Virus record (IMG/VR): IMGVR_UViG_3300025645_000240
Location: 1-33,612 of that record
DNA: 33,612 bases
Source: a virus
Lineage: Duplodnaviria > Caudoviricetes
Strand: one strand, 5' to 3'
In this document: positions 26,301 to 33,612 of the stretch, one piece after another
Numbering within the stretch: the stretch's first letter is position 1
How the letters are laid out: each line of letters begins with the position of its first letter
Program-made: the position numbers and the translations under genes
The notes under the pieces: model-generated
Databases searched by the model: none
The model's input: only the letters and a program-made list of their open reading frames with translations
What the model was told of the DNA's origin: nothing

Positions 26301-26775
26301 ACTGCCTGCTCCAGGTCTCGATCTCTTTTAGGCTGTCCAGGTCTTTGTAAGCCATTGCCGCAAAGTCTGGATTTGTCATCCACGCGCTCAGAATAGGGCT
26401 TTTATCAACAAGATCCTGATTTCGGATTTCAGCAAGGGCCATGACTTGCCGAGCCTTGCCGATGTTTTCGCTAATGCTTTTTCGATCCATGCCAGTGCCG
26501 ACATGGAGTCGCTCTACGTCAGCGGCAACAGCAGGATCTATTTGAACCGCTCTACGCACTGATTGCATAAGTGCGTCATGATTCAGTGCGCGCTGTTTAT
26601 TGAAAAACTCAATCGTTTCAGGAGAGTTGTCCGAGTCTTCTTTTGGCGTAGAAGACTTGTTTTGCAGAGGCTTAAAATACTCGCTCGCGAAACGCATGTC
26701 TGAGCGAAACCTTGCAGACTCTGAGGGGCTTAAAATCCCTCTGGGCGATAGTGGCCCGACTTCTTGGCCGCTCAT
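17368..26775 (-). CDS. Giant internal virion/ejection protein, polyvalent type (ParB-like, ART-PolyVal, HhH-glycosylase-like, GNAT, HExxH metallopeptidase)
   Basis: 3135 aa, third gene of the ejection-protein triad. Motifs: DGHHR; FVRWFGDSKVVD..VYHG..GFYF..YVAFDSNQIKS; GWY..GPKIG..TMDRW..LQAVLW; GGGRSMVEAA..DAFDTILPHLYAAHGL; STFFHEFAH..HEAFA. Confidence 0.9.
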   Translation of the reverse strand: MSGQEVGPLSPRGILSPSESARFRSDMRFASEYFKPLQNKSSTPKEDSDNSPETIEFFNKQRALNHDALMQSVRRAVQIDPAVAADVERLHVGTGMDRKSISENIGKARQVMALAEIRNQDLVDKSPILSAWMTNPDFAAMAYKDLDSLKEIETWSRQWDAGGLEHERGRLSWELSNLEPGTSDYKVVENRVMLVERYLEAIPQSQEWLVAPARMLGQMYETSPTSFAAGVAATTVIGFATGGMGPAAIWGGTIAGAAAGGYQTGITEGGNAFRDYTQAGMDRHIAQSLMMEVAAVNGVIEVAGGLIPGKQFAEIGKNFVRRLVSKKLTKSWARRSLVRAAKGYVAGYGSEIGEEMGQESETAIVQSIGMDATEELREKIGKEPGVFNLPGGGTITTNDNGSITVSADVYERYTGKLVNEDQTLTADQADRFLPEVGRLFPLERTLSDENYAGDLWDLVMATAGHTAMAAWLPALPGPVLRYATDRKRVAAAKRTVESIRELATLRDGTMLSQNNSTALSQFIESILKGKSLETMFVNRADLMEVLEKAGVTIEEFDKILPGVKAQMELDEDVAPSIEIKPADLANKLNDYEILPEILNIVRANDPEAMSVNEANEKAKEFNKLAKEHSEKLKKEGVDEKMRDTYLDAVEEGMEAQLIEADETLSGKKVTREQRAKIKSFAAWVRNYVYVQAVENGVDVSQVEYARYKAATQQQMAEAASDERLRSQEAARTPTMRESVDALTSDPSAQSNLKSFVEQNPIEVNSLPDGTFHLRDGHHRAFLLDQIGETTVPVVLDGKRTTMPIAKLKNARGAIGNQGVAADQVSDLLNHVAEMQALDFEQDADYTFVEADYRPEVVAWAKEQFGDRVAPNGKLASENFVRWFGDSKVVDPEGKPLVVYHGSSRAFDTFARSSRQIYGEGFYFGSRPETANNYTLGGAAINGEFSVQQGGQVYPAFLSLRNPFIFNYENLQTLPKSFLDKFGNFKETERGIGKRLQEELKKRGHDGVIQGSLPPAGPMRSIIDDVTYVAFDSNQIKSTNNEGNFSADEDGMMRQLEGDEAKPVSEAVDEVSSLEGASKISGREKWRLVRDLKVAIQESVLAAAEAEGVDLSQIDEETRKYLVRVGVRDAIDALKQNPNAVGWYDLKTRQALAIVSLIHPEVAKDPNARFAFVFALAVTSNGLEVTLNFKLAESVYKDFKINGVMPTNVKAGTSQKAMNKSFGLFNRLVKSWGIENLRSFMLTEMSAGDVTRIDESLKTGEHASTQIRGAAIIGPKIGNGFFSNLYGMFDALTMDRWLIRTWGRWTGTLLKSQPEQTARAVARMNAARAAMTAEDLATLSKIAKKDVIELTAEELAVVIKKASEKPANRQQMNKTATGEESRKAGNSLWGYLDRQKEDPEGPTERNQIRDVFSGILAEVRKDPALQDLSMADLQAVLWYAEKRLYESAKDDLSDGNTDGYEDEDAPDYANAASALARSKGVNQSRITRALNKEKNGRSGTARPGSGQGTGVNAQQGQGQKFTPSQQRIFRGGLAILNSRASRGSGDPVWSYSSTASKRRGDDGVLVWKAGKGLKRKLKQADTPAIELTELASTPENAARFVAAIEASKVGNKFGAAVFVYSAEEYQGMRMLLSKSGKTGVAIKSDGDIVSGFSTEGGGRSMVEAAIAAGGTKADAFDTILPHLYAAHGLKVVSRVKWDDNEAPGNWSKKTFGKYNNGEPDVVFMVFDPDHAELYQGTEGVKSKTYGAAVNTQSKAARQVAKKSSEADTNLRAAGEGSVLGQFNSKTMEVILFKRHNISTFFHEFAHFHFEVMTQAYREGRATKKNIADLTAIALWAGYKSLDDYARPFATTKQDINNRRKAHEAFAYSFELYLYHNKAPNVGMRNVFRRIAGWMAQIYGGPDGIKNRLNVSYREETRSEAHPNGENLPALTPEVVAVLDRLSASEEEIELAMRQKAIGAVLELLTTPMFGSVTTDTLLASGQIPKEQIELLGDLFDDAKGTAKEVLRVRLMKDLEYLRRFESRELKKMQSKSRKIRKAVEEDERNQLLIRERVARFQHWLKTGEVLGVDSTEEEGPVLVSQDEKKKKQKQYLVTDDARVLPGDRRKSDFGEGADRVSPEMAILMFGYDSIDEMLDELSIASPLDEEVQSLADSRMKAEYSEFNTSEAMADAVREAVNTEAMFRFYESHARAELQKDRDLKGGPKGLLELRRAAKFVALKVISKVPVKDLADRAKKYAKEADRTYALALRSREPDRKQALMRASIQQRALAVEAYESRASIESGKDKMSSRMRDTGAARNKTLAKAYGGATVETIREILRMFGIDMGKKLRQEEGSKPWDDLVAANKDELEYDPLVAEIQSVYLEMQGIASDAGGQFDNQTVEDARMVLNAVQGMLNRGRESQMFVLDNQKVALDDLIKKLEQRAEELGIDEVTVEPRERGWLGTQNSRWQRLEALIRALDGGKAGILTQNIWNPAMKAAIELNLQESEILTLFEEAIKPLSEQIKKNSKLAEPILSFLEDTKTGKKFVFKNGKSDILGMLLHVGNASNRQRLVDGWRWDDDTLTRQIRAWEKDGTITEEDWKIVSDMGAIYKKMLPQTKKAFFAIEGYSLEIVKTSKVETSWGTIDGWYAPAAADTSTVGNTLAAQQEVDQKGSWSAALPTVQSNMTKQRTKTASRALDLNLFRQQQHFHDHLVFNHMGPALARIQLFTGNKRVKEQLERMKPMIYKEFLDGWLETVGTQSSSAKSKDPMGLDEIASHMRRSAGTAAMFANVKNSLQNISGIPLALARVGPAHMLLAFGSYISDIRGTKEEIYKKSRYMKLRHSNDSQILEADLYAVKDRINDLVANQNMIMRGGQKASAWLSRNTYWMQEITQKPIDRLVWLGAYKQELDAGVSEEQAALAGDAAVRQTQGDTMAISLASGEKGSATIKMFTQFMSWFIMMGSLRADFTTKRSDKSRAAAAAPVIMTWFATMVIGEMIEEALERLSTEPEDEEEEAKRGLGQTTIRVAIRSSIAPLRMFGFPGAISSTVAANLISYFDESKTVFRKGYETKMPEAPTLSLIARALREGQQVVSGEKPFSSESILDFGEVLMIITGAGGAAASTASKRIRRGFGLAEDLEPGEDAFDASGLFTGVR

Positions 26776-29699
26776 TATTTATCCCCTAAGTTTTTAAGCC
26801 ATTTCCTAAACTTCAGTTCGTCAAGACCCTTGCTTTCTATACCCCTGGAAGACAGAGCAAATTGTTCACCAGCAGTCATTAAACTTTGACCTAAAGCAGA
26901 CCACCAGTGACCAGAGGAAAGTGGCGACTCAGTAGCTAGTGCCTGAATATCTTGACGAGTTCTGAGGTTGTAGTTTTTTCTTAGCTCATTCATCAAAGTG
27001 TTAACTTGGCCGGAATCACGCCAAGTCGCGGTATCCAGCAAACGTAATTGATCTTGATCAACGGTGGCCTTGATCCTCACTTGATCATCGCGGATCTTTT
27101 CTTCCAGCTTTAACAACCCTTGATACAGACCAGCAGACACATCATCTAAGACCTCTGGAGAGTGGATCCTTTTTTGATAACTAAAAGCGGAAGCGTATCT
27201 GCCCAAGTCAGACCTTAACTGCTCTAGCTTTTTAGGATCACTTCCAGCTTCTCTTACAAGGTAAGCATCAGCATTATCTAAAGCCTCTCCCGTAATTCTC
27301 TCCTCGCCCACCGAAGGCCGGAGAGATTCCACAACTATTGGATCCCAGTTTTGATCGGGGTCTACGAAGTTATTTAGAAGTTTCATATCAGCCCCCGCAC
27401 GCTTGATGTCTTTTTGAAACTTGAAGAAGTCATCTTCAGTCTCGTGTCTCCTCAAGCTGAAATCGATTGGGCTAAAACTTAGGATGTCTTCTTGCTGTTG
27501 AAGAAGTTTGTAAGACATGACATCTCTGTTTGACCCCTCTTTTTTTTCAGAAGCGTCAAGCTTGTTGTTAACAGACTTTTGAAACGCTTTTAAGAAGCCC
27601 TCTCCATACTGGCCGATTGGAATAAGTTTTCCGTCAACTTCAATCGCTATTCTGCCTTCGTCAAAGTTTGACATCCTAAGATTTGAAGAAAGCGCGAAAG
27701 CAGGGATTGGGACATCGCCCTCGTCCATTTCGCCGTTCGATGTAAGGTCAAAGAAGTATGGCGATGAGCTTATTTCTTTTGAGATAATCTCGCTCATTTG
27801 AACCATGTTTAACCCTGCTATTTTGTCGTCATTTGCGAAGTGTCTTCTTAGAAACAAAACGCCTCTTCTCATTACATGGGGAGCAATCTCTGCACCCCTA
27901 ATAAGACCGCCAGAAGATTTGTCGCTTTCGATTTTGCCAAAAATGTTTGTTTGGTCTGGGCTTGGTTGTAACGCTTCTTTTATCGCGTTTTTGGCTGCAA
28001 CGTCAAACTGGGGATCACTGAGCGTAAAAGAGTTAATGGATGCTCTGTAGACATCTAGCACTTCATCTACGGCAGACAACTCATCGCCTTCTTTGCCTAG
28101 GGGGAAGAAGTACGTTTGTATTGCATACTCTACTTCTTGCTGGCTAAGTTCTCTCCAAGGCTTGTTCTTACTTTCTGGACTTAGACCTTTTCTTAGTTCT
28201 GGATGCTCTTCAAAAATAGAAAAGAGTCTTCTGTGGTCTCTAAGAACTGACCCATGCTCCACCGACAGTTTTCTTTTTCTTACCGAAGCAACTGTTCTTT
28301 CTAGGTAGTGATTTCGGGAGTCAAACAGGCTCTTTGGGGCATCGCCAGCAGGCGATAATGATGCAAGTGCCCCCGCTACGGCTTTGTCATTGGCCGCTGC
28401 CTGCCTGCCTACCACTTTGTTAAAAGCTATTGGGTTTTGGGCAAGGGCTTGCTGCAACTCAGGTGGCAAATCATCAAGCTTAAGCGCATTAGGATGATTG
28501 GCAGTAATTTCTGCAATTAGTTGGTTGGCTTGATCTGCTTGCCTTGCAACAAGGTCTCCTCCTTCATTGTTAAGATGCTGGCGAGCCGGGTTGTAGACAG
28601 AGGCTGTGATTTCTCCTGATCGGAACAGTCTTTCGAGACTTTGTCCAGCACGGTCTATTTGCTCAGAAGCTAAGTGGCTGCTTGACCCTGGAGGGTCTAA
28701 GTTGCCAACGCCTGCTTTGTCAAGAACATCAAAAGTTAGACTCAACGCTTTGTTGTTGTCATCCGTTGCCTTCTGCTGAGTAGCGGCCCTTTTAATTTGA
28801 CCCATCAGAGTGCCCTTCTTCTTAGGGTTGATTTCTGTTGCTGGAATTGACTCCATCAACTGTTTCGCCTTCTTAAACATCGGCGGGTCTTGAGCAAGCA
28901 AGGTGCTGACAACCTTGTCGTAGAAATCGGTCTTCTTGTCTCGAATGAAAGCTTCGCGAAGTTTTGGGGATCCCGATTCACCAAACCTTTGATCGGCCTC
29001 ATCATCATAGTTAGAAAAAGCCGAGTCGCGTTGAACCTCGAAGTTGGTGCGCGGCGGCTTCTTCGGGTCTTGGCTGTTTGCTGCATTCTCAGCGTGTTGA
29101 GCTGAGATAGACATTCCCGTGTCTATGTTTGGATCATCACTTGGCATCTCATCCGCAGCTGCCAAAGCCAAGGGGTCGCCTTCTGGTTGGGCAGCCGCAA
29201 CAGAAGCCGCTACCGCAGCGTTGTCACCAGACGCAACAATAACTGCCAACTCTTGAGCCTGTTGAGCTTTCAACTCCTGAGTCAAAGACCATTGCTTATA
29301 GCCTAACAGCGATTGTTGTGCTGGGCCTTTCAGCATGCCGCGAGCTTGTTCACTCGATGCCCCAGTTACCGTGTCATCGATGAACTTCTTGACCTTGCCT
29401 CGATACGCTTCGCTTTGGCTAAGTTGATCTGAAGGAGACAGCTTTGAATGCTCGATTTGCTGATTGATAATGTATTCAGATATCTTGAGGTGATCTGTCT
29501 TAGCATTGATGTAGTCGCGCTCAGAGCGGATCTTGGCACCAATGCGAACCATCGAATCGCCCACCGCCGACATCGTCTGAGCTGCTTGCTGATTCTGCTG
29601 AAGCAGTGCGGTGGACATCTGGGTCTGCGGCCCCGACAAAGGGCGGGCATTTGGCATGCCGACCTGACGCGCCATGTTAGGTAGTGGAACTTGTGGCAT
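26775..29699 (-). CDS. Internal virion/ejection protein (T7 gp15-like position), 974 aa
   Basis: MPQVP start, helical Q/A-rich N-half, middle gene of the triad after tail tube B; no catalytic motif recognised. Confidence 0.75.
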   Translation of the reverse strand: MPQVPLPNMARQVGMPNARPLSGPQTQMSTALLQQNQQAAQTMSAVGDSMVRIGAKIRSERDYINAKTDHLKISEYIINQQIEHSKLSPSDQLSQSEAYRGKVKKFIDDTVTGASSEQARGMLKGPAQQSLLGYKQWSLTQELKAQQAQELAVIVASGDNAAVAASVAAAQPEGDPLALAAADEMPSDDPNIDTGMSISAQHAENAANSQDPKKPPRTNFEVQRDSAFSNYDDEADQRFGESGSPKLREAFIRDKKTDFYDKVVSTLLAQDPPMFKKAKQLMESIPATEINPKKKGTLMGQIKRAATQQKATDDNNKALSLTFDVLDKAGVGNLDPPGSSSHLASEQIDRAGQSLERLFRSGEITASVYNPARQHLNNEGGDLVARQADQANQLIAEITANHPNALKLDDLPPELQQALAQNPIAFNKVVGRQAAANDKAVAGALASLSPAGDAPKSLFDSRNHYLERTVASVRKRKLSVEHGSVLRDHRRLFSIFEEHPELRKGLSPESKNKPWRELSQQEVEYAIQTYFFPLGKEGDELSAVDEVLDVYRASINSFTLSDPQFDVAAKNAIKEALQPSPDQTNIFGKIESDKSSGGLIRGAEIAPHVMRRGVLFLRRHFANDDKIAGLNMVQMSEIISKEISSSPYFFDLTSNGEMDEGDVPIPAFALSSNLRMSNFDEGRIAIEVDGKLIPIGQYGEGFLKAFQKSVNNKLDASEKKEGSNRDVMSYKLLQQQEDILSFSPIDFSLRRHETEDDFFKFQKDIKRAGADMKLLNNFVDPDQNWDPIVVESLRPSVGEERITGEALDNADAYLVREAGSDPKKLEQLRSDLGRYASAFSYQKRIHSPEVLDDVSAGLYQGLLKLEEKIRDDQVRIKATVDQDQLRLLDTATWRDSGQVNTLMNELRKNYNLRTRQDIQALATESPLSSGHWWSALGQSLMTAGEQFALSSRGIESKGLDELKFRKWLKNLGDK

Positions 29700-29701
29700 T
29701 G

Positions 29702-30352
29702 TTATTGTGGTCCTTTAGTGCCGGTGCCGCTGTAGTTGCTCTGTGTCCGGCTAAAAGTAGACATCACTTGACCGGCACCGCCGAGCAACGATGTGAAGCC
29801 CGCCATGCCTTTTGCTGTTCCTCCATAGGAAGACTTCAAAGCTCTGGCCGCCGCAGCTTGGCCGCCAAGCAAAGCTTGTTGCCCTTGCCCCGTGCCTATG
29901 TCCGACCGAATAGCAGCAACCTTGTTGGCCGTGCTTTTCCTGACAGTGGTAAGGGCGGTGTCTTTTGCCCACTCCATAGATGCAGACATCTCTTTGCGAC
30001 TTCCCACTCCCGCCTGGGTGCCTGACGCGCCTCCCCTTGCGTCAGAGGATCCAATTGCCTGTCTATACTTAAGCCCCACTTCTCCAGCCTCTTCTTGGCC
30101 GGATTGCTTCATCTCCCGCGAAGCAATTTCTTTCAAGCTATTCGCCCTGCCCATCTGCCCCATCTCAAAAGTCAGCCTCGACTCTTGAGCCGCAGCCTGA
30201 TACTTCATCGCGTCAACTGCGTAAAAGGCATTTATTACACTGGATGCAGCTCCAGCAATAGATAGGCCAATACCGATGCTTTCAGCCCCTGTTAGTTCTG
30301 ACCCACTCATCTTGCCGCCGGTGAACCAACCGCTTAAACCTTCTCCTGCCAT
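29702..30352 (-). CDS. Internal virion/ejection protein (T7 gp14-like), 216 aa
   Basis: G/A/S-rich with hydrophobic ends and a central A-S-G motif; GGAGG SD; follows tail tube B. Confidence 0.8.
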   Translation of the reverse strand: MAGEGLSGWFTGGKMSGSELTGAESIGIGLSIAGAASSVINAFYAVDAMKYQAAAQESRLTFEMGQMGRANSLKEIASREMKQSGQEEAGEVGLKYRQAIGSSDARGGASGTQAGVGSRKEMSASMEWAKDTALTTVRKSTANKVAAIRSDIGTGQGQQALLGGQAAAARALKSSYGGTAKGMAGFTSLLGGAGQVMSTFSRTQSNYSGTGTKGPQ

Positions 30353-30354
30353 AT

Positions 30355-33300
30355 CTATCCTCCTGATGCGACCTCGATGGTCAACCCTGCAATTGTAAGT
30401 GGAAGCGGATTGCTTTGCTGAATGACAATCTGCCCTTCATCATTCCATGACGAAGGCAAAGTAACTTCTACGAAGTCTGACAAAAGCGACCCTGCCGCAG
30501 GCGTGAGCGAAGACCTCATATTGCTAGTGGTTGGACCGGCTTCAAACGCTGCGCTCTCAAACAACCTAGCCCACACTCGCGTGATGTTCTTGGTTCGACC
30601 TGTGCCAAACGCATCTACGCCAAGCATGGTCATTGGAAGAGTCTTGATCTGAGATGTCATCGGCAAGCCAACATGGACTTTAGCAGCAGCCTTAGACAAT
30701 GTCAGGACACCGCTGCTTACGGTGCCCGTTCCAGGCAAGCCATCAGCAAGGTAGGCTACTGACTTGCCCTCAAGGTGATTCAGCCCCTTGATGGTCGTTG
30801 TGGCTGCTCCCGTGTAGGTCACGCCACTGTCTACGAAGTAGGCATCGCTGATGCTCTCAGTCCCTCCTCGGTAAGTGTCATCGAGACGCTCCACGTAGCG
30901 GTTGCTGCCTCGCTTCACTATCACATAAACAACATCCTCGTCGCCTTCCGGCACCGACACAACAGACTCAAACGTGCCGTCTGTCGTTGTGTGCTGATGC
31001 CATGCCCCAACCTTCTCCTCCGGCACGTAGGTCAAGCCAAGCAGCTTGCCCGAACTGGAGACACACCACACGATTGGAAGCGGCGACTTTTGGTAGGCCA
31101 TGTCCTTGATCGTGTTGCTGTCAAACAAGTGAGATGCTCGGATGCTAAGGTCTCCGGTCATGTAGCCCAGGACAGAAGCGTTGTAGCCCATCTCGCGAAC
31201 GTGACCACCGCGAGACGCTGAGAACACCACCGTGTTGTTGACTAGGGCTGGGGGAGCGAAGTTAGCCCCGACAAAGCTTTGCGGCCTGACCGACACCGAT
31301 GACGGCGTGAGGATATCGTCATTGGCCGGTGTGACTTGATACTCGGTCGAATCGCTCAACAGCATTAGCTGCGCGAGCGGGATGATGTGCCTCACCCTGC
31401 TCTGCTCGCGGGCGGCGATGCGGAAGTAGATCCGGTCGGAGTCAATTGTGGGAATCGAGTAAGACATGTCTGCCTCGGTCCCGCTTGCAGACATGAACAC
31501 GTCTTGAGGCAACATCTTGCTGCCTCCAAAGATTCTTCGCCCTTCGTAGTATGAGGTTGCCCCTGGGAAGGCTCCAGAGACCGCTGTGTGGACTCCAGTG
31601 TCTGTGCCTGTGATATCTACCGGATCCTGAGACTCGTCAGTCAAGGCGACCTGGAACGTGTCCTTGGCTGCGTTGATGACGTAGTAGGTCTGGTTTTCGT
31701 TTAGCCCAGGAAGCTCATCCGAGGTGCGGAACAACACAGGCGTGCCGTCAAGCATCCCGTGGTCAACCCACGTCACGTAATTGCCATCGTCACTAAGCGT
31801 GACGGCAGCCGTTTTACGCATGGAGTTATCAGCTATTGGTGGGGCAACAGCCAAGTCCGGGCCGATGTTGTCATCCTTGAACGTGACCTCATCAGTCTCG
31901 CCAATAAAGCCGTAGAGGCCACTGATCTTTTTGTAGATGCGATACCGAGTCGCGCCTACTGAGGATGCCCACCCAACCTTGTTAAACGAGCCAGGGACAT
32001 ACAAGTTGTTCTCGACCTTGATCGACTCACTTGCCTCGGACTCCTCGTTGTTCACATCAATCGAAGTAACTACATACTCTTGCTCGATGTCTTCACCCAG
32101 GCTAGCAATGCGGACCTTAGCGTCTGGGTTGACGTTGTACATTGTCCCCCCCGCAGCACCCGTTGGGTGAGAAGTTGAGTTTTGGTAGCTAAACCAGCTA
32201 GGTATTGACTGAGTCCCCCCACTAGTGTTGGCTTCCGCAGCCACCACATTAGAACCGCCCTGGTCTGGCGTAAGAATGCGGCTCCTAGCAGGCGGGCCGC
32301 CATCAGTTGCTCTGACATCTACTTTGTAAACAGGATCGGTTGCGCTGGTACCTCCAAAGATTTTAGCAACCTCAAAATACCCGTTCTGGATTTCAAAAGC
32401 TGGAGCAAACGTTTCGTTGTAAAGAGGAACAGAATATGCACTGCACCCACTTAAATAGATTACGTCTCCCACCGTAAAAGGGGGGTCGTTTAGGAAAGGT
32501 TGACCGGCTTGTGCCTGAGCGTCATTTGTAAAGCACAGCTCTAAAAGAGGCCCGGTAGTAGTTCCTAGCTCAATAGTAAAATTAGGCGGGGCAACTCCAG
32601 CCCCTGATGGGACAGTGCGAACGCCATAGACCTTGGTGTGAAGCCCTTGGTCAATTTCTACTTCTTGCAGGTCAGTAGGAGCTTTGGCGACAGCCTTAAA
32701 CTCAATGTCTCCTGACTTCCAGTTTGTTGAACTGTAGCGGCGAAGCTCAGTCGCTGGCCGCAGGGTGCTGCACAGCGTTAGGACATCGTTGCTTTGCGTG
32801 GTCGATATCTCAGGAAGCTCGGCCTCGGTGTAGTCGTGAGGCACCTCGAAGTAAGTGCCCCCACTAGCTACGTGCCAGCTATTTGGGCTGCCTGTCAAGC
32901 CGATGACATCACCGTATGGCGTGGCAGAGACTTGGAAATCGTCCGTGGTCTTGTTGACAACGTAATAGGTGGTGTCGTGAGACAGACCACCCGGCAGCAC
33001 GCTTGTTATCGCTCCTTGGCTAGTCTTTGCTGGCTTGCTAAAGACCACTGGATCTGAGTCTGATAATCCATGAGAAGGCCACTGCACCTTGTCAGTTGTA
33101 GTGTTAAAGGCTGGGCCTGCCTGGAACTGAACGCCGCCCGTAGAAAAGCTAGTAGAAAGAGCGACGTGGGTTCCTCCAACTGCTGAAGCTTCTAATTCAA
33201 ACGTGTCATCAGTTTTCGCTGCTACATAGTAAGTAGTGCCAAATGTGATGGCTAGGCTCGACCACCCCACGCCTGCGTAACCCTGCGACATGGTGACCGC

Positions 33301-33612
33301 TTGACCATCTGCGAGTCCATGATCGGTCGCGTTGACCAGAAGAAGCCCTCCTCCTGTGCGGGTTATGGTTGCAGTAAAAGCTGCCCCAGTAGATTTGCCA
33401 GGAAGCTCTCGCCAGTATTCAGCCTTGTCGGCAGTCCTGGTTATCGGGACTCTTGTTGCTGACTGATCGTGATCTAGCTTTCTCAAGTTGCCAGACCTGT
33501 TAGCTAGCTCTTTCCTGCAATAGTATTGCTTGCCTCGGTATGAAACCAAATCGCCCTGGTCGGCAACCTTGTGGATTCGCATCTCTCCAAAACCAGCAAC
33601 GTATTGAACTAC
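30355..33612 (-). CDS. Tail tubular protein B / nozzle (T7 gp12-like), 5'-truncated by the window
   Basis: Frame is open to the window end. C-terminal YEGRRIFGG, PQSFVGA, GHVREMGY, ASHLF, MAYQKSP, AWHQH, VHVGLP and QSNPLPLTI motifs. Confidence 0.88.
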   Translation of the reverse strand, partial: VVQYVAGFGEMRIHKVADQGDLVSYRGKQYYCRKELANRSGNLRKLDHDQSATRVPITRTADKAEYWRELPGKSTGAAFTATITRTGGGLLLVNATDHGLADGQAVTMSQGYAGVGWSSLAITFGTTYYVAAKTDDTFELEASAVGGTHVALSTSFSTGGVQFQAGPAFNTTTDKVQWPSHGLSDSDPVVFSKPAKTSQGAITSVLPGGLSHDTTYYVVNKTTDDFQVSATPYGDVIGLTGSPNSWHVASGGTYFEVPHDYTEAELPEISTTQSNDVLTLCSTLRPATELRRYSSTNWKSGDIEFKAVAKAPTDLQEVEIDQGLHTKVYGVRTVPSGAGVAPPNFTIELGTTTGPLLELCFTNDAQAQAGQPFLNDPPFTVGDVIYLSGCSAYSVPLYNETFAPAFEIQNGYFEVAKIFGGTSATDPVYKVDVRATDGGPPARSRILTPDQGGSNVVAAEANTSGGTQSIPSWFSYQNSTSHPTGAAGGTMYNVNPDAKVRIASLGEDIEQEYVVTSIDVNNEESEASESIKVENNLYVPGSFNKVGWASSVGATRYRIYKKISGLYGFIGETDEVTFKDDNIGPDLAVAPPIADNSMRKTAAVTLSDDGNYVTWVDHGMLDGTPVLFRTSDELPGLNENQTYYVINAAKDTFQVALTDESQDPVDITGTDTGVHTAVSGAFPGATSYYEGRRIFGGSKMLPQDVFMSASGTEADMSYSIPTIDSDRIYFRIAAREQSRVRHIIPLAQLMLLSDSTEYQVTPANDDILTPSSVSVRPQSFVGANFAPPALVNNTVVFSASRGGHVREMGYNASVLGYMTGDLSIRASHLFDSNTIKDMAYQKSPLPIVWCVSSSGKLLGLTYVPEEKVGAWHQHTTTDGTFESVVSVPEGDEDVVYVIVKRGSNRYVERLDDTYRGGTESISDAYFVDSGVTYTGAATTTIKGLNHLEGKSVAYLADGLPGTGTVSSGVLTLSKAAAKVHVGLPMTSQIKTLPMTMLGVDAFGTGRTKNITRVWARLFESAAFEAGPTTSNMRSSLTPAAGSLLSDFVEVTLPSSWNDEGQIVIQQSNPLPLTIAGLTIEVASGG

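Larger units (their letters stand above)
1..33612. mobile_element. Tailed dsDNA phage genome fragment (podovirus, BPP-1/epsilon15-like virion module)
   Basis: Terminases, portal, tail tubular protein B, ejection proteins and a phage replication/recombination module, densely packed with coupled start/stop codons. No host genes or integrase seen, so prophage versus free phage cannot be decided. Confidence 0.97.

Noticed and set aside
17381-33057. Numerous + strand ORFs antisense to the structural genes (and equivalent shadow ORFs elsewhere)
   Set aside because: Fully nested opposite well-supported genes, with Ser/Arg-rich shadow-frame composition and no motifs.
1-33612. Diversity-generating retroelement expected from BPP-1-like architecture
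   Set aside because: No reverse transcriptase motif and no TR/VR repeat pair noticed in this window.

Overview
The whole window is a fragment of a dsDNA tailed phage with a podovirus-type (BPP-1/epsilon15-like, T7-like ejectosome) virion module. I recognised no host genes, integrase, capsid gene or lysis genes. Left arm (- strand): RusA-like protein, small and large terminase, GNAT, cupin, small virion protein, portal and four structural-like ORFs. Centre (+ strand): a GGAACC iteron-like cluster, then small early ORFs (four with Cys4 zinc-finger patterns), RadD-like SF2 helicase, PrimPol-PriCT2-AAA_25 primase/helicase, DUF6011-like protein, Sak4, DUF669 SSB, Cas4-like exonuclease and an Xre HTH. 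Right arm (- strand): partial tail tubular protein B and three ejection proteins. The largest (3135 aa) is a polyvalent protein carrying ParB-like, ADP-ribosyltransferase, HhH-glycosylase-like, GNAT and HExxH peptidase domains. The main non-obvious signal is a regulon of three promoters sharing the operator GCTTGTTYC-N4-GGAACAG. Each is followed first by a small zinc-finger ORF. Two appear to be leaderless, and the third starts exactly at a 76-nt structured RNA. Family assignments come from motif recognition by eye, with no database searches.
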